Shown one piece after another: positions 31,358-41,365 of a DNA stretch of 64,000 bases. The DNA is taken from the NCBI GenBank assembly GCA_963716725.1, contig CAVQUB010000032.1:224001-288000 (forward strand). Direction: 5' to 3'. Within the stretch, counting starts at the first letter, position 1. Every line of letters begins with the position of its first letter. This stretch comes from an uncultured delta proteobacterium. Lineage in GTDB: Bacteria; Myxococcota_A; Polyangia; Polyangiales; Polyangiaceae. A program made the position numbers and the translations under genes. The notes below the pieces were generated by a model. It was not told the origin of the DNA. It did not search any database and saw nothing but the letters and a program-made list of their open reading frames with translations.

Positions 31358-33372
31358 CGGCCGGCCCTCCCTCCCCCGGAGTCGTCTGCCGCCTTCTCGA
31401 GGTCGAGGATCTTGGCGCTACCGACGTAGTTCTTCGTCTCGTACTTGGTGATCTTGCCGATCTTCCGCACGATCTCTGCCATGCGCTCGGCCTCGGAGAT
31501 GATCACCTCGGCCGCCTTGCCGTGGCTGGAACCCGACCCCAGGCCACGGCGCAAGAGCTCGGCGTAGCCAATCACACTGGTGAGCGGTTGGTTCAGCTCG
31601 TGAGCGGCGGCGCCGGCGAGCTCTGCCACGAAGGCGGTCTTCTCCCGGGCCCGCAGCTCGTCCTGGGCCCGATTCAGTCGAGCTTCCATCCGCAAGCGGT
31701 CGCGAATGTCCGTGAATACGCCTACGGAGCCCACGGGCTTACCCTCTTCGACGATCAGCGCGGCGGACAGCGTGACCGGAATCAACTCTCCGGTCGCGCT
31801 GATCATGTCCACCCGGCAATCCTCGAGGCGCCCCGGTCCGCTGAAGTTCGGGTCGCGGATCTTGTTCATGATCTCCCGGGCCACGCCCGGTGGGTAGAGC
31901 GACTCCACGTTCCTCCTGCCCACCACTTCTCCCGGAGCAAAACCGAAAATGCGGGACGCGGCTCGGTTGAAGAGCAGCAGCGTGCCTTTCATGTCCGCCG
32001 TGACGATGCCGTCGACGGAGCTCTCGATGACGCGCTCGAGGAACTCCTTGGTCTGCTTGAGCTCGATGGCGGTACTCCGCTCTTCGGTCACGTCGCGGAA
32101 CGAAAACAGCACCGATTCGTCTTCGTGCAGCACCGAGCTGAAGCTCATGCTGGCGGTGATCACCCGACCGCTGTGGGTACCGAGTCGCACATCGACGCCC
32201 TGGGGAAACTCTCCCTCGGTGAAGCCTTGCATCAGGAGGTCGGCCCGATAGTGATCTTCGGAGAAGAGATCCCGGAACTGCTTCTTCTTCAGGGCGTCGT
32301 CCTCGAAGCCGAGGATCGAGCGGGCGCGTGGGTTGGCAAAAACCACCTGGCCGGCTCGATCGATCACGACCATGCCGTCCGCAGCGCTCTCGAAGATGTC
32401 CGCATAGCGCTGGAATATCCGCACCCGACGCTCGGCTTCGACCCGTGCGAAGGCGCTCTGCATCGACTCGTCGCGCAGCAGCTTGAGGATCCGCGCGTTG
32501 CGCAGCGCGATGGCCGTGGCGTTGGCGACGGTGTGCACCAAGGAGATCTCGTGATCGGCGAAGGCCGCCGGCTCACGCGAGCGCAGGAAGATCACCCCCA
32601 TCGGCCGCTGTTCGTGGGTGATTGGAACCAGGGCCAGCGAGGTGAACCCAAGACTCGGTTCGGACTCCCGCACCGCATCGAGCAGCGGGTGTTGGCTCAC
32701 GTCGCGGATCACCAGCGAGTTGCCGGTTCGCAACACCTCCCGGATCTCCGGGTACTTGGAGAGCGAGATGGTCAGATCGCGCATCTGCTCGTCGTCGCTC
32801 GACGCGACGACGTGGCCCATCGTCTCGTCCTCCGAGACGAGGACGATGCTGCAGCGATCCACGTTGGCCACCTCTGCCACACGCCGCACGACGGTGAACA
32901 GGATGTGCCGGATGTTGAGCGTCGAGGCCAGGGCTTGGGTGAGCTCGAGCACCGCCTGAGAATCCTGCTCGCGACGGCTGAGGCGTTCCACGTACTCACG
33001 CATTCGCAGCTGACCGCGGATGCGAGCCACGAGCTCCGCGGGGCGGAAGGGCTTGTGAACGTAGTCGTCTGCACCCGAGGCAAACACGGCGCGGATCTCG
33101 TCGTCCGAGTCCAGCGCCGTCAGGACCAGCACCGGGGTGTCGGCGATCTCCTCTTTTTCACGGATCCGCCTGAGCACTTCGAAGCCGTCGGGCTCCGGCA
33201 TGACCAGGTCGAGCAGCACCAGCGAGGGCGCGTTGGTCTCGAGCCAGGCGAGGGCCTCCCGCCCGGAGGTGACGGCGTGGCTCGGCATTCCCGACGAGTC
33301 CAGGGTCTCGGAGAGCACCCGCCGGCTCACGGCGTCGTCGTCTACCACTAGGATCGGAGGTAGCTCGGCCAC
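31354..33372 (-). CDS. Receiver-GAF-PAS-PAS-HisKA signalling protein lacking a HATPase domain
   Basis: ILVVDDD, LLDLVMP and ADDYVHKPF; GAF and two PAS-like blocks; AAHELNQPL followed only by a short ETKNYVG..ILDL tail. Confidence 0.85.
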   Translation of the reverse strand: MAELPPILVVDDDAVSRRVLSETLDSSGMPSHAVTSGREALAWLETNAPSLVLLDLVMPEPDGFEVLRRIREKEEIADTPVLVLTALDSDDEIRAVFASGADDYVHKPFRPAELVARIRGQLRMREYVERLSRREQDSQAVLELTQALASTLNIRHILFTVVRRVAEVANVDRCSIVLVSEDETMGHVVASSDDEQMRDLTISLSKYPEIREVLRTGNSLVIRDVSQHPLLDAVRESEPSLGFTSLALVPITHEQRPMGVIFLRSREPAAFADHEISLVHTVANATAIALRNARILKLLRDESMQSAFARVEAERRVRIFQRYADIFESAADGMVVIDRAGQVVFANPRARSILGFEDDALKKKQFRDLFSEDHYRADLLMQGFTEGEFPQGVDVRLGTHSGRVITASMSFSSVLHEDESVLFSFRDVTEERSTAIELKQTKEFLERVIESSVDGIVTADMKGTLLLFNRAASRIFGFAPGEVVGRRNVESLYPPGVAREIMNKIRDPNFSGPGRLEDCRVDMISATGELIPVTLSAALIVEEGKPVGSVGVFTDIRDRLRMEARLNRAQDELRAREKTAFVAELAGAAAHELNQPLTSVIGYAELLRRGLGSGSSHGKAAEVIISEAERMAEIVRKIGKITKYETKNYVGSAKILDLEKAADDSGGGRAGR

Positions 33373-33446
33373 TGCCCACGAATGTACCACGTGGCCGCGT
33401 CCTGCCCTGAAATGCGCTGAAGGATTCGCTATAGTGGGGCCAGGCC

Positions 33447-33881
33447 ATGCCCCCACCCTACGAGGACGAGGAGCCCCTCGAAGAGCTCGACGACGACGCG
33501 ATCGTCGCCCAGCAGGCCATCGCGCACGCGCCGGCACCCCGAGTTCAGGTGGCACAAGATGCGAGGAGCATCGTCGTGGACCAGCCGCCGGGGGAAGCCG
33601 GGGACACCACGCGGCTCCGGGCAATGCCGCGCCGTCCCGCCGATCCGACCTTGGTGCTCCGAGCCGTGAGGCATCCGATTTCGCGCGCCGTGCCGCCGTC
33701 GTTTCCGGTTCAGCCGCGACCGATGCCGAGCTGGCTACCGTGGGTGGTGTGGATAGTCGCCGGCATCGTCGCGCTGATCTTCGGCGGGGTGCTCGCAGTC
33801 CTGGCGAATCGGCGCGATGCTCCGCCCGTGCCGGCCACCACTTCGCAGTCGCACTCGACGAAGACCACGATCAGCGAATGA
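33447..33881 (+). CDS. Hypothetical single-TM protein
   Basis: Acidic N-terminus, Pro-rich region, one TM; divergent from the signalling genes. Confidence 0.6.
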   Translation: MPPPYEDEEPLEELDDDAIVAQQAIAHAPAPRVQVAQDARSIVVDQPPGEAGDTTRLRAMPRRPADPTLVLRAVRHPISRAVPPSFPVQPRPMPSWLPWVVWIVAGIVALIFGGVLAVLANRRDAPPVPATTSQSHSTKTTISE

Positions 33882-35352
33882 GATCAGCGCTCGCGTTGGT
33901 GACGCTGAAGCCCGCGGCTTCGAGCGGCGCTCGGATGCTGGACTCGTCGCCGACGATCACCACCACCAGCCGCCGCTCGTCCAGTCGCGCGGACTGCCTC
34001 ACCACATCAGCAGTAGAGATTGCGCGCAGCGACGTGGGAAGCTCGCTGTTGTAGCTCGGTGGGAGGCCCTGGGCGAAGGCAGAGCCGACGTCGGCCGCGA
34101 TGCGATCGACCTCCACGAGTCGAGCACCCAACGAGCTCGACAGATCCGCGCGGGCGCGTGCCACTTCGTCGGCGGTGATAGGAGCACCCCGGCTCGGATC
34201 GCGCGCCCGAGCCAGCTCCCCGATCAACTCCGAGAGCGCGGGCGCGGTCACGCCCGCTTCGACCCGCGTGGTCACGACCAAGGCACCCCACTCACGGGTC
34301 GCGACGGCGTCGGAGCGGGCACCATAGGTGTAGGCGTGCTTCTCGCGCAGGTTCTGGTTGATCCGCGACGTGAAGAGCCCACCCAAAAGCGAGTTCAAGA
34401 GCTGGCGGGCCTCGTGGCCCGCCTCCGACCGTTTCGGGAAAGCTTGGGCGACGAAGAGCGCGCTCTGAACGGCGCCGGGGCGGTTCACGAGCACCACCGT
34501 GGTCGGATTGGGCGCGGCAGCCTGCTGAGCACTAGGCTGCGCGGGCACGGGCGCGCCCTTCCATCCCGCGAAGGCTCGAGCCGCGGCCTTGCGCACGTCG
34601 GAGAGGCTCACGTCGCCGACGACTACCAGCGCGCTCGCCGACGGCACGTAGCGAGTGCGATGAAAGGCGGAGAGATCCGCGACCCTGAGCTTCTTCACGT
34701 CTGGGACGCTTCCGCTCACCGGTGCGCCATTGGGCTCGCCTATCAGCAAGCGCAGGCCCGCGAGGGAGGCGAGGCGGTCCGGCGATTGTCGTTCCGCCGA
34801 AAGTCCGTCGAGCCATTCGCCACGAACGCGCTCCAGCTCCTTGGCTGCGAAGGCCGGCTTCAGCGCCACCTCGGCGAGCAAGCTCAAGCCTTGCTCGATG
34901 TCGGCGGTGAGGGTTGCGATACCGATCATCGAGTAGTCGCGGCCGGCGTCGTGCTCGAGCGTCGAACCGAGGGACTCGGCGGCTTCGGCGAGCGCCGCAG
35001 CGGGTCGCGTGGTCGTGCCCTCGGTGAGCATGCGCGCCGTCAGAGCGGCGAGCCCGCTCTTGCCCTTGGGGACCGAACTCGCTCCGTGTCGAACCACGAG
35101 CGACAGCGCCGCGATGCGGGCCGGACGCCGGACCACCAAGACCGTCAGCCCGCCGTCGAGCGTCGCGCCCTCCGGCACCGGGTAGATGAGCTCGGCGGGC
35201 TCGCCCGGGCTGGGCACCGCGCGGCGCCAGGCGTCGCTCGATGCGGCGCCCCTCGGCGCGGGCTGCGGCGGCTCGGCGGGAGGCGCTCGGACGGCACCGC
35301 CCCCGGCGCACGCGACCGCCAGAAGTGCCCAGGCGAGGGAGAAGAGCTTCAC
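33871..35352 (-). CDS. M16 peptidase family, non-catalytic partner subunit (lipoprotein)
   Basis: GTG 35352 preceded by AAGGAG; lipobox LLAVAC; GLAALTARMLTEGT; LGGLFTSRINQNLREKHAYTYG; no HxxEH. Confidence 0.8.
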   Translation of the reverse strand: MKLFSLAWALLAVACAGGGAVRAPPAEPPQPAPRGAASSDAWRRAVPSPGEPAELIYPVPEGATLDGGLTVLVVRRPARIAALSLVVRHGASSVPKGKSGLAALTARMLTEGTTTRPAAALAEAAESLGSTLEHDAGRDYSMIGIATLTADIEQGLSLLAEVALKPAFAAKELERVRGEWLDGLSAERQSPDRLASLAGLRLLIGEPNGAPVSGSVPDVKKLRVADLSAFHRTRYVPSASALVVVGDVSLSDVRKAAARAFAGWKGAPVPAQPSAQQAAAPNPTTVVLVNRPGAVQSALFVAQAFPKRSEAGHEARQLLNSLLGGLFTSRINQNLREKHAYTYGARSDAVATREWGALVVTTRVEAGVTAPALSELIGELARARDPSRGAPITADEVARARADLSSSLGARLVEVDRIAADVGSAFAQGLPPSYNSELPTSLRAISTADVVRQSARLDERRLVVVIVGDESSIRAPLEAAGFSVTNASADLIR

Positions 35353-36738
35353 TGCCGCTGCTCCTTCGGCTTGGGCGTGGTCGTCACGATGACCCGGCGT
35401 GTGGAGATCGAGATGGGTCCGGAGCGCGCGCTTCACGTCCTCCGGGCGTACGGCTTCGATGCTCGCGTGGTAGCGCTTCAGGTGCCCCGGATCCCCGAGG
35501 TAGTGATTGAAGCGCTGCAAGAGTCCGGCGCGTCCCGACTCGCCGTCCGCGCCGTTCAAGAGCTGAAGATCGGCCATGAGCGCGAGCAAGACCCGACGGC
35601 GGGCGCGAGCGAGCTCCGCCTCGGAGGGCCCGCGAGCCGAGAGATCGCGGAGCACGTCATCGACGGCGGCCTCGACGGACTTCGCTGGTTTGCCCGACGC
35701 TGCGACGGCGCTCAGCGAAAAGACGCTGGCCAACGCGCTGGAATCGAGGTCGGCCGAGACCTCGGAGGCGAGCTTCTTCTCGACCACCAGCTTCTGGTAG
35801 AGGCGGGTCGCTTTGCCCCCAGCCAACAAAGCCGCGGCGAGCTCGAGGGCCGCGACGTCGGCGGAGTAGGCGGGCGGGGTGAGCCAGCCCATGCTGACCT
35901 TCGCGAGTTCGACCGGTTCGCTCACCTCCCGGCGCGTCAGCTCCTTCAACGCTGGGGTCACGCTGCGCCTGCTCGCGGGCTTCGGCTTCTTGGCGAAGGG
36001 CCCGAAGTAGCGTGCGATCCAGCGCTTGGCTCGAGTCCTATCGAAATCGCCGGCCAACGTCAGGGTCGCGTTGGAGGGCGCGTAGTACGCGCTGAAAAAC
36101 GCCTCGGCGTCACGGAGCTTGGCGGCTTCGAGGTCACGCATCGAGCCGATCACCGCGCCGTGATAGGGGTGTCCCGTCGGAAACAAGGTGTCGAGCAATA
36201 CGAGGCTGCTGGGGCCGTAGGGAGCGTCTTCATAGCTCTGTCGCCGCTCGTTCTTGACGACGTCGCGCTGAACCTCGAGCGACTGAGCGGACAGCGTGTC
36301 CAGGAAGAACCCCATGCGATCACTCTCGATCCATAGGCACAGCTCGAGTCGTTCACGGGGCACCGTCTCGAAGTAATTGGTGCGATCCCAGCTCGTGGTC
36401 CCGTTCACGTTGGTCGCGCCGGCGCTCTCGAGCAACTTGTCGAAGCGAGTGCCGACGTGCTTCGAGCCGGTGAACATCAGATGTTCGAACAGATGAGCGA
36501 AGCCCGAGCGACCCGGCGGCTCGTTGACTGGGCCCACGTGATACCAGATGTTTACTGCCACCAGAGGCAGCGATGCGTCCCGGTGCAGGATCACCTCCAT
36601 CCCGTTTTCGAGTGAGTACTTCTCGAATGGGATCTCTGGACCCTCGACCGGCGACGCCGGGGAGTCGGCCAGCGTCGGCCGGGCGAAGGCGAAGCTGGTG
36701 CTGGCGATGCAGAGGGCGAGGGCGGTGCAGAACTTCAC
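35349..36738 (-). CDS. M16 zinc peptidase, catalytic subunit (secreted); an apparent indel near 35400 fuses it to the partner in the ORF track
   Basis: GFAHLFEHLMF (HxxEH), NGTTSWDRTNYFE and VVKNERR. The alternative frame ends RRVIVTTTPKPKEQRQ-stop overlapping the partner GTG. Confidence 0.85.
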
Positions 36739-36892
36739 GCCCGGAACGTTACGCCGCTGCCCAGCCACCCGGAATAGATCAACGAGCCCGCGCAGGTCGC
36801 CTGGCGCCTGATGCGCCCAACTTGCCCGTTTTCCGAACTCGGGTACTCTCCGCCCCGAGCCGCGGGCGGTACTCGGTCGGGGAGAATCCATC

Positions 36893-37204
36893 ATGTCGAA
36901 GCGAAGAGCAGCCGCGTTTTGGATGGTCATGGCGTCCGCGCTGTGTCCGGCGATATCACTGAGCACCGTCACGAGCGAGGCGGAAGCCGCCCCGGGAGTC
37001 CAGTACCGCGCCGGCATGCGCGTGCGAGCGAAGCGAACTTGCACGGTTCAGGGCTACGAAGTGAAGAAGGGCGTCGTGCTCGCCGTCGTGTCGGTCCAAA
37101 ACGACGACAAGGGCAAGACGGTTGCGGTCGATCTCAGCTTCTCTGGCATGACCATCAGCAACGTGCCGGTCCAGGTAGTCAGCAGTCTGTTCAGCGCTGC
37201 GTGA
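36893..37204 (+). CDS. Small secreted hypothetical protein
   Basis: Signal-like N-terminus, beta-rich core, GGAG upstream. Confidence 0.6.
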   Translation: MSKRRAAAFWMVMASALCPAISLSTVTSEAEAAPGVQYRAGMRVRAKRTCTVQGYEVKKGVVLAVVSVQNDDKGKTVAVDLSFSGMTISNVPVQVVSSLFSAA

Positions 37205-37928
37205 GCGACTCGCCGGGCTTGGGGTGGGAGTTGCCGGGCACGGCCTCCGTGCCGCCGAGCTCGCGCCACACGGCGTCGGCCCACCGCCACCCGCCGGCCC
37301 AGCTCGGGTGGCGGCCATCTTCCATGCGCGGCAAGTCGAGCTTCGACGAGTCGAAGTAACGGCAGTGTCCCAGGTTCTTCCGGAGCACGTCGGTGAACCC
37401 AGTGTCTTTCTTCCACAGCGGGGGGCCGATCCACAGGCAGGGCCGCCCGCGGGTCTGCGCCACGATCTGCGCCACCGCCGGGCCGCGCCGTTCCGGCTTG
37501 GGATCGAAGAGCTCGTTGGAGCCGAGCGAAATCAACACGACCTCCGGATCGTATTTGTACATCGCCTCGCGCAGGAGGCCCTTCTCCGCCCAGTCCAGCG
37601 TGCTCGACGAGATCACGGTCTCGAGGAAGTACTGCCGCCCGCTGCTCGAGAAGATCGACCGCAGGTAGTTTCCCACCAGTGGCGCCATGGAGTCGCCCAC
37701 GTGCAGCACACGGGACGCTTGGGCCGCGGGCACCACACCGGCCTCACGAGCCAACACGAGCCCGGTCGGGGTTGGCGCTGCGGCGATCGCGCTCGGTGCT
37801 GGCGGCGGGATCGGCGCAGCGGACGCCGACACGACGGGGTCCGCTGCGGCTCGGGCGGTCGTCACCGGGCTTGCTTCAGGGGTGCAAGCGAGCAGAGCGA
37901 GGGCGGGCAGGGCCAAAGCGCGGCGCAT
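37191..37928 (-). CDS. SGNH/GDSL hydrolase family lipoprotein
   Basis: Lipobox LLAC, VGDSM, SLGSNE, WIGPP and DGRHP. Confidence 0.85.
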   Translation of the reverse strand: MRRALALPALALLACTPEASPVTTARAAADPVVSASAAPIPPPAPSAIAAAPTPTGLVLAREAGVVPAAQASRVLHVGDSMAPLVGNYLRSIFSSSGRQYFLETVISSSTLDWAEKGLLREAMYKYDPEVVLISLGSNELFDPKPERRGPAVAQIVAQTRGRPCLWIGPPLWKKDTGFTDVLRKNLGHCRYFDSSKLDLPRMEDGRHPSWAGGWRWADAVWRELGGTEAVPGNSHPKPGESLTQR

Positions 37929-38001
37929 GGCCTGGCCATTGTCTCCCGATTCGACCGCGACCGGGCAAGCTCCGAGCCACCGATTCCGCTATGGTCGCCC
38001 C

Positions 38002-39372
38002 GTGGAGCTGCGGAAGCTGCCCAAGGTCGATCGAGTCGCGGATGCCCCCGAGCTGACGGAGGTCCGGCGGGCGCTCGGCTCAAAGGCCGTGACGGCGCTT
38101 GCCCGCGCCGCGATCGCCGAGGCCCGAAGCGCGATCCGTGCGGGAGCCGAGTCTGCGTCGTTCGAGCAAGTGGTCAGCTGGGTCAAGGCCCGGGCCGAAG
38201 CGCGGCTGTTGGCGGGGATCCTCCCGGTCATCAACGGGACGGGGGTCATTCTTCACACGAACTTGGGTCGCGCGCCGCTGCCTCAGGGCAGCCTCGACCG
38301 CATCGCGAGAACGGCCGGCGGGTACTCGACCCTGGAGCTCGATCTCGAAACCGGCGTCCGCACCCGACGCGGCGTGCAGGTGGAGCGGGGGCTGGCGGAG
38401 CTCGTGGGCGCGGGCGACGTGGCGCTGGTCAACAACAACGCCGCTGCGGTGATGCTGGCGCTGAGCTCGATCGCGGCCGGACGTGAGGTGATCGTGTCCC
38501 GCGGGGAGCTGGTGGAAATCGGCGGTGGATTTCGGATCCCCGAAGTGCTCGCGCGGTCCGGAGCGCGACTCGTCGAGGTGGGCACGACGAACCGTACCCG
38601 CGTAGACGATTACGCTCGAGCCATTGGAGAGCACACGGCGTGTTTGCTCCGCGTGCACCCCAGCAACTTCAAGATCACCGGGTTCGCCGAGCGCCCTGGG
38701 TTGGTCGAACTCACCCGACTGGCCAAGTCGCGGGGCATCCCGCTGATCAAGGATTTGGGCGGCGGCCTGGTGGTCGGCCTGCCCTCGGCGGTCGCGGGCT
38801 CCGAGCTCGCGCGCGAGCCCAGCGTGCAGGCGTGCCTGGTTGCGGGCGTTGATCTGGTCTGCTTCAGCCTGGACAAGCTCTTCGGGGGTCCCCAAGGCGG
38901 CGCCGTCGCCGGACGAGCCGATCTCGTGAGCACCCTGCGTGAAGATCCCATGGCCCGGGCGCTTCGGCTCGACAAGCTCGCGCTCGCGGCCGTCGAGGGG
39001 GTGTTGGATGCGTACCAGCGCGGCGCGTTGGACGAAATTCCAGTGCACGCGCTCCTCGCTGCCAGCACTGAAGCGCTGTGCCGGCGGGTGGACGCCTGGG
39101 TGGAGTTACTCCACGAGCAGGGCGTTGCTGCGGAACGGGTCAACTCCGAGGCCGCGATCGGCGGAGGGACTCTGGCGGAGGCGCCGGTTTCGTCCGTCGC
39201 GCTCCGGATCTCCGGAACAGACCCCGATCAGTTGGCGCAGCGCCTCCGGTCCGGTAGCCCGGCGCTGATCGGCCGGGTCGTCGAAGGTGCGCTGCTGGTC
39301 GACGCCCGCAGCGTTTTCCCCGAGCAAGACCCCCTGGTCGCGCAGGCGCTCCGGCGTGCCTGCGGCAATTGA
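38002..39372 (+). CDS. selA: L-seryl-tRNA(Sec) selenium transferase
   Basis: VINGTGVILHTNLGRAPL, VNNNAAAV, SRGELVEIGGGFRIPE, EVGTTNRT, VHPSNF and FSLDKLFGGPQ. Confidence 0.96.
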   Translation: MELRKLPKVDRVADAPELTEVRRALGSKAVTALARAAIAEARSAIRAGAESASFEQVVSWVKARAEARLLAGILPVINGTGVILHTNLGRAPLPQGSLDRIARTAGGYSTLELDLETGVRTRRGVQVERGLAELVGAGDVALVNNNAAAVMLALSSIAAGREVIVSRGELVEIGGGFRIPEVLARSGARLVEVGTTNRTRVDDYARAIGEHTACLLRVHPSNFKITGFAERPGLVELTRLAKSRGIPLIKDLGGGLVVGLPSAVAGSELAREPSVQACLVAGVDLVCFSLDKLFGGPQGGAVAGRADLVSTLREDPMARALRLDKLALAAVEGVLDAYQRGALDEIPVHALLAASTEALCRRVDAWVELLHEQGVAAERVNSEAAIGGGTLAEAPVSSVALRISGTDPDQLAQRLRSGSPALIGRVVEGALLVDARSVFPEQDPLVAQALRRACGN

Positions 39373-39417
39373 TCTCGACGGCTCGAAAGGGCACCGGTCC
39401 CGTAGTAAGCTCGGATC

Positions 39418-41361
39418 GTGGCGCGGCGCATCCTGATCCTCTTGGGCTTGGTGTCGATGCTCTTGCCCGCCTTCGGCGGCTGCGGGGTCACCGAGGAGGG
39501 AGGGCTGAAGCCCGACGGCGGCGGCGGTAGCGACAACGACGGCGGTGGGGGGCTCGCGGGCGGCCAGTGCTTTCCAGGATCGAAGGTCTGCCCGGATCCC
39601 AGCAAACCCGGAGTGCTGCTCTGCCTGACGGCGGACGAACCGCAGTACGGCTGCAGCCAGTCGACCGCGTGCGCACCCTGCGCCGTGCCCCACGCCACGG
39701 CGAAGTGCAACACCGGGGCCTGCGCCGTAGACCAGTGCGACCCGGGCTGGGCCGACTGCGACAACAGTCCGGTGGACGGCTGCGAGACCGATCTCAATGG
39801 GGACAAGAACCACTGCGGAAACTGCGCCACCGACTGCGTGACCTCGAAGGGTGCGGGGTGGATTTGCACGGCAGGGACCTGCGAGGTCAATGAGTGCTGC
39901 CCCGATGGCAGCGCGTCGTGCCTGACCCGCCGGGATTGCGACGGGAACAAGGGGAACGGCTGCGAGGTCGATGTCGCGACCGACGTCAGCAACTGCAAGA
40001 CCTGCGGAAACGCCTGCGCGCTCCAGAACGCGCAGAGCGCGTGTTCGCAGGAAGCCTGCGTCGTGACCGTGTGCAACAGCGGTTGGGCCAACTGCGACCT
40101 GAACGACGTCAACGGCTGCGAGGTCAACATCAGCACGGGTGACAAGGGCAACTGCGGCGCCTGCGGCAAGGTGTGCAACGAGACGCACGCCGGCGCGACC
40201 TGTCAGGGCGGGGCGTGCAAGCTCGCCTGCCACCCCGACTGGGGCAACTGCGACAACAACGTCGACAACGGCTGCGAGACGAGCCTCAAGACCAGCCCGC
40301 TGCACTGCAACGGCTGCGCAAAGCCGTGCAATCCGGCCAATGTGAACGCGGCGCTCTGCACCGCTGGCGCCTGCGACTACGACTCCTGCAAGTCCGGATT
40401 CGCCGACTGCAACGGCAACAAGGCCGATGGCTGCGAGATCAATATCGCGCAGGACAAGAACAACTGCGGCGTTTGCAGCAAGGTTTGCCAGGCGCCGTCC
40501 GGGGGCAGCGTCGTGTGCAGCGGCGGCAACTGCGCCGAGAGCTGCGGGTCGGGACTGACCAACTGCAGCGGCGTGTGTGTCAACACCGGCAACGACATCA
40601 ACTACTGCGGCGGCTGCACCACCAAGTGCACGCCGCCTGCGAACGGCGCGGCGACCTGTGGCGGGGGTTCGTGCGGGTCCAACTGCAACAACGGCTTCCA
40701 CAAGTGCGGGATCGAGTGCAAGGCGAACAACGACGCCACGAACTGCGGGGCCAGCTGCACGACCTGCCCGGGGCCCGCCTCGGGCAGCGGCACGGCCATC
40801 TGCACCGCCGGAACGTGTGGGTTCAATTGCGTTGCACCCACCACGCTCAAGTGCGGCACCAGCTGCTACAACCCGACCAACGACAAGGCTCACTGCAGCA
40901 GTTGCACGATCGCTTGCACGGATCCACCCAACGGCGTGAGCAACTGCGTGACCTCGGCCTGCAAGATCACCTGCAACTCTGGCTTCCATGAGTGCAGCAA
41001 TCAGTGCAAGTCGGACACCGACGCGACCGCGTGTGGCAGCAGTTGCACGAATTGCCCGGGTCCGACCTCCGGCACGGGCACTCCCGCCTGCCCCAGCGGC
41101 AGCTGTGAAATCACCTGCGGAGCGCCGACGCCGACCCGCTGTGGTTCGAGCTGCGTCGACACCCAGACCGATGAGGGCTTCTGCGGGAGTTGCACCAACG
41201 CCTGCGGTTCCGGAAAGACCTGCTGTGGCGGCGGCTGCAAGGACTTGCAGGACGACGACAACCACTGCGGCATTTGCGGCAAGAAATGCTCGTCGTCCGA
41301 GTCGTGCCAGAGCGGGAAATGCTGCCCGACCGCAGACGGCGGCGCCGACGGCGGTTGCTGA
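39418..41361 (+). CDS. Cysteine-rich repeat lipoprotein (myxobacterial Stig1-like / CD..DGCE repeats)
   Basis: Lipobox FGGC, repeated WA(D/N)CD...(D/N)GCE and D..(N/H)CG.C...C modules. Confidence 0.8.
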   Translation: MARRILILLGLVSMLLPAFGGCGVTEEGGLKPDGGGGSDNDGGGGLAGGQCFPGSKVCPDPSKPGVLLCLTADEPQYGCSQSTACAPCAVPHATAKCNTGACAVDQCDPGWADCDNSPVDGCETDLNGDKNHCGNCATDCVTSKGAGWICTAGTCEVNECCPDGSASCLTRRDCDGNKGNGCEVDVATDVSNCKTCGNACALQNAQSACSQEACVVTVCNSGWANCDLNDVNGCEVNISTGDKGNCGACGKVCNETHAGATCQGGACKLACHPDWGNCDNNVDNGCETSLKTSPLHCNGCAKPCNPANVNAALCTAGACDYDSCKSGFADCNGNKADGCEINIAQDKNNCGVCSKVCQAPSGGSVVCSGGNCAESCGSGLTNCSGVCVNTGNDINYCGGCTTKCTPPANGAATCGGGSCGSNCNNGFHKCGIECKANNDATNCGASCTTCPGPASGSGTAICTAGTCGFNCVAPTTLKCGTSCYNPTNDKAHCSSCTIACTDPPNGVSNCVTSACKITCNSGFHECSNQCKSDTDATACGSSCTNCPGPTSGTGTPACPSGSCEITCGAPTPTRCGSSCVDTQTDEGFCGSCTNACGSGKTCCGGGCKDLQDDDNHCGICGKKCSSSESCQSGKCCPTADGGADGGC

Positions 41362-41365
41362 GGGC

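Noticed and set aside
33871..37044. 1057-aa fused M16 peptidase in the ORF track
   Set aside because: An internal AAGGAG + GTG + lipoprotein signal at 35352, and an alternative frame ending RRVIVTTTPKPKEQRQ-stop that overlaps it, indicate two genes joined by an indel.
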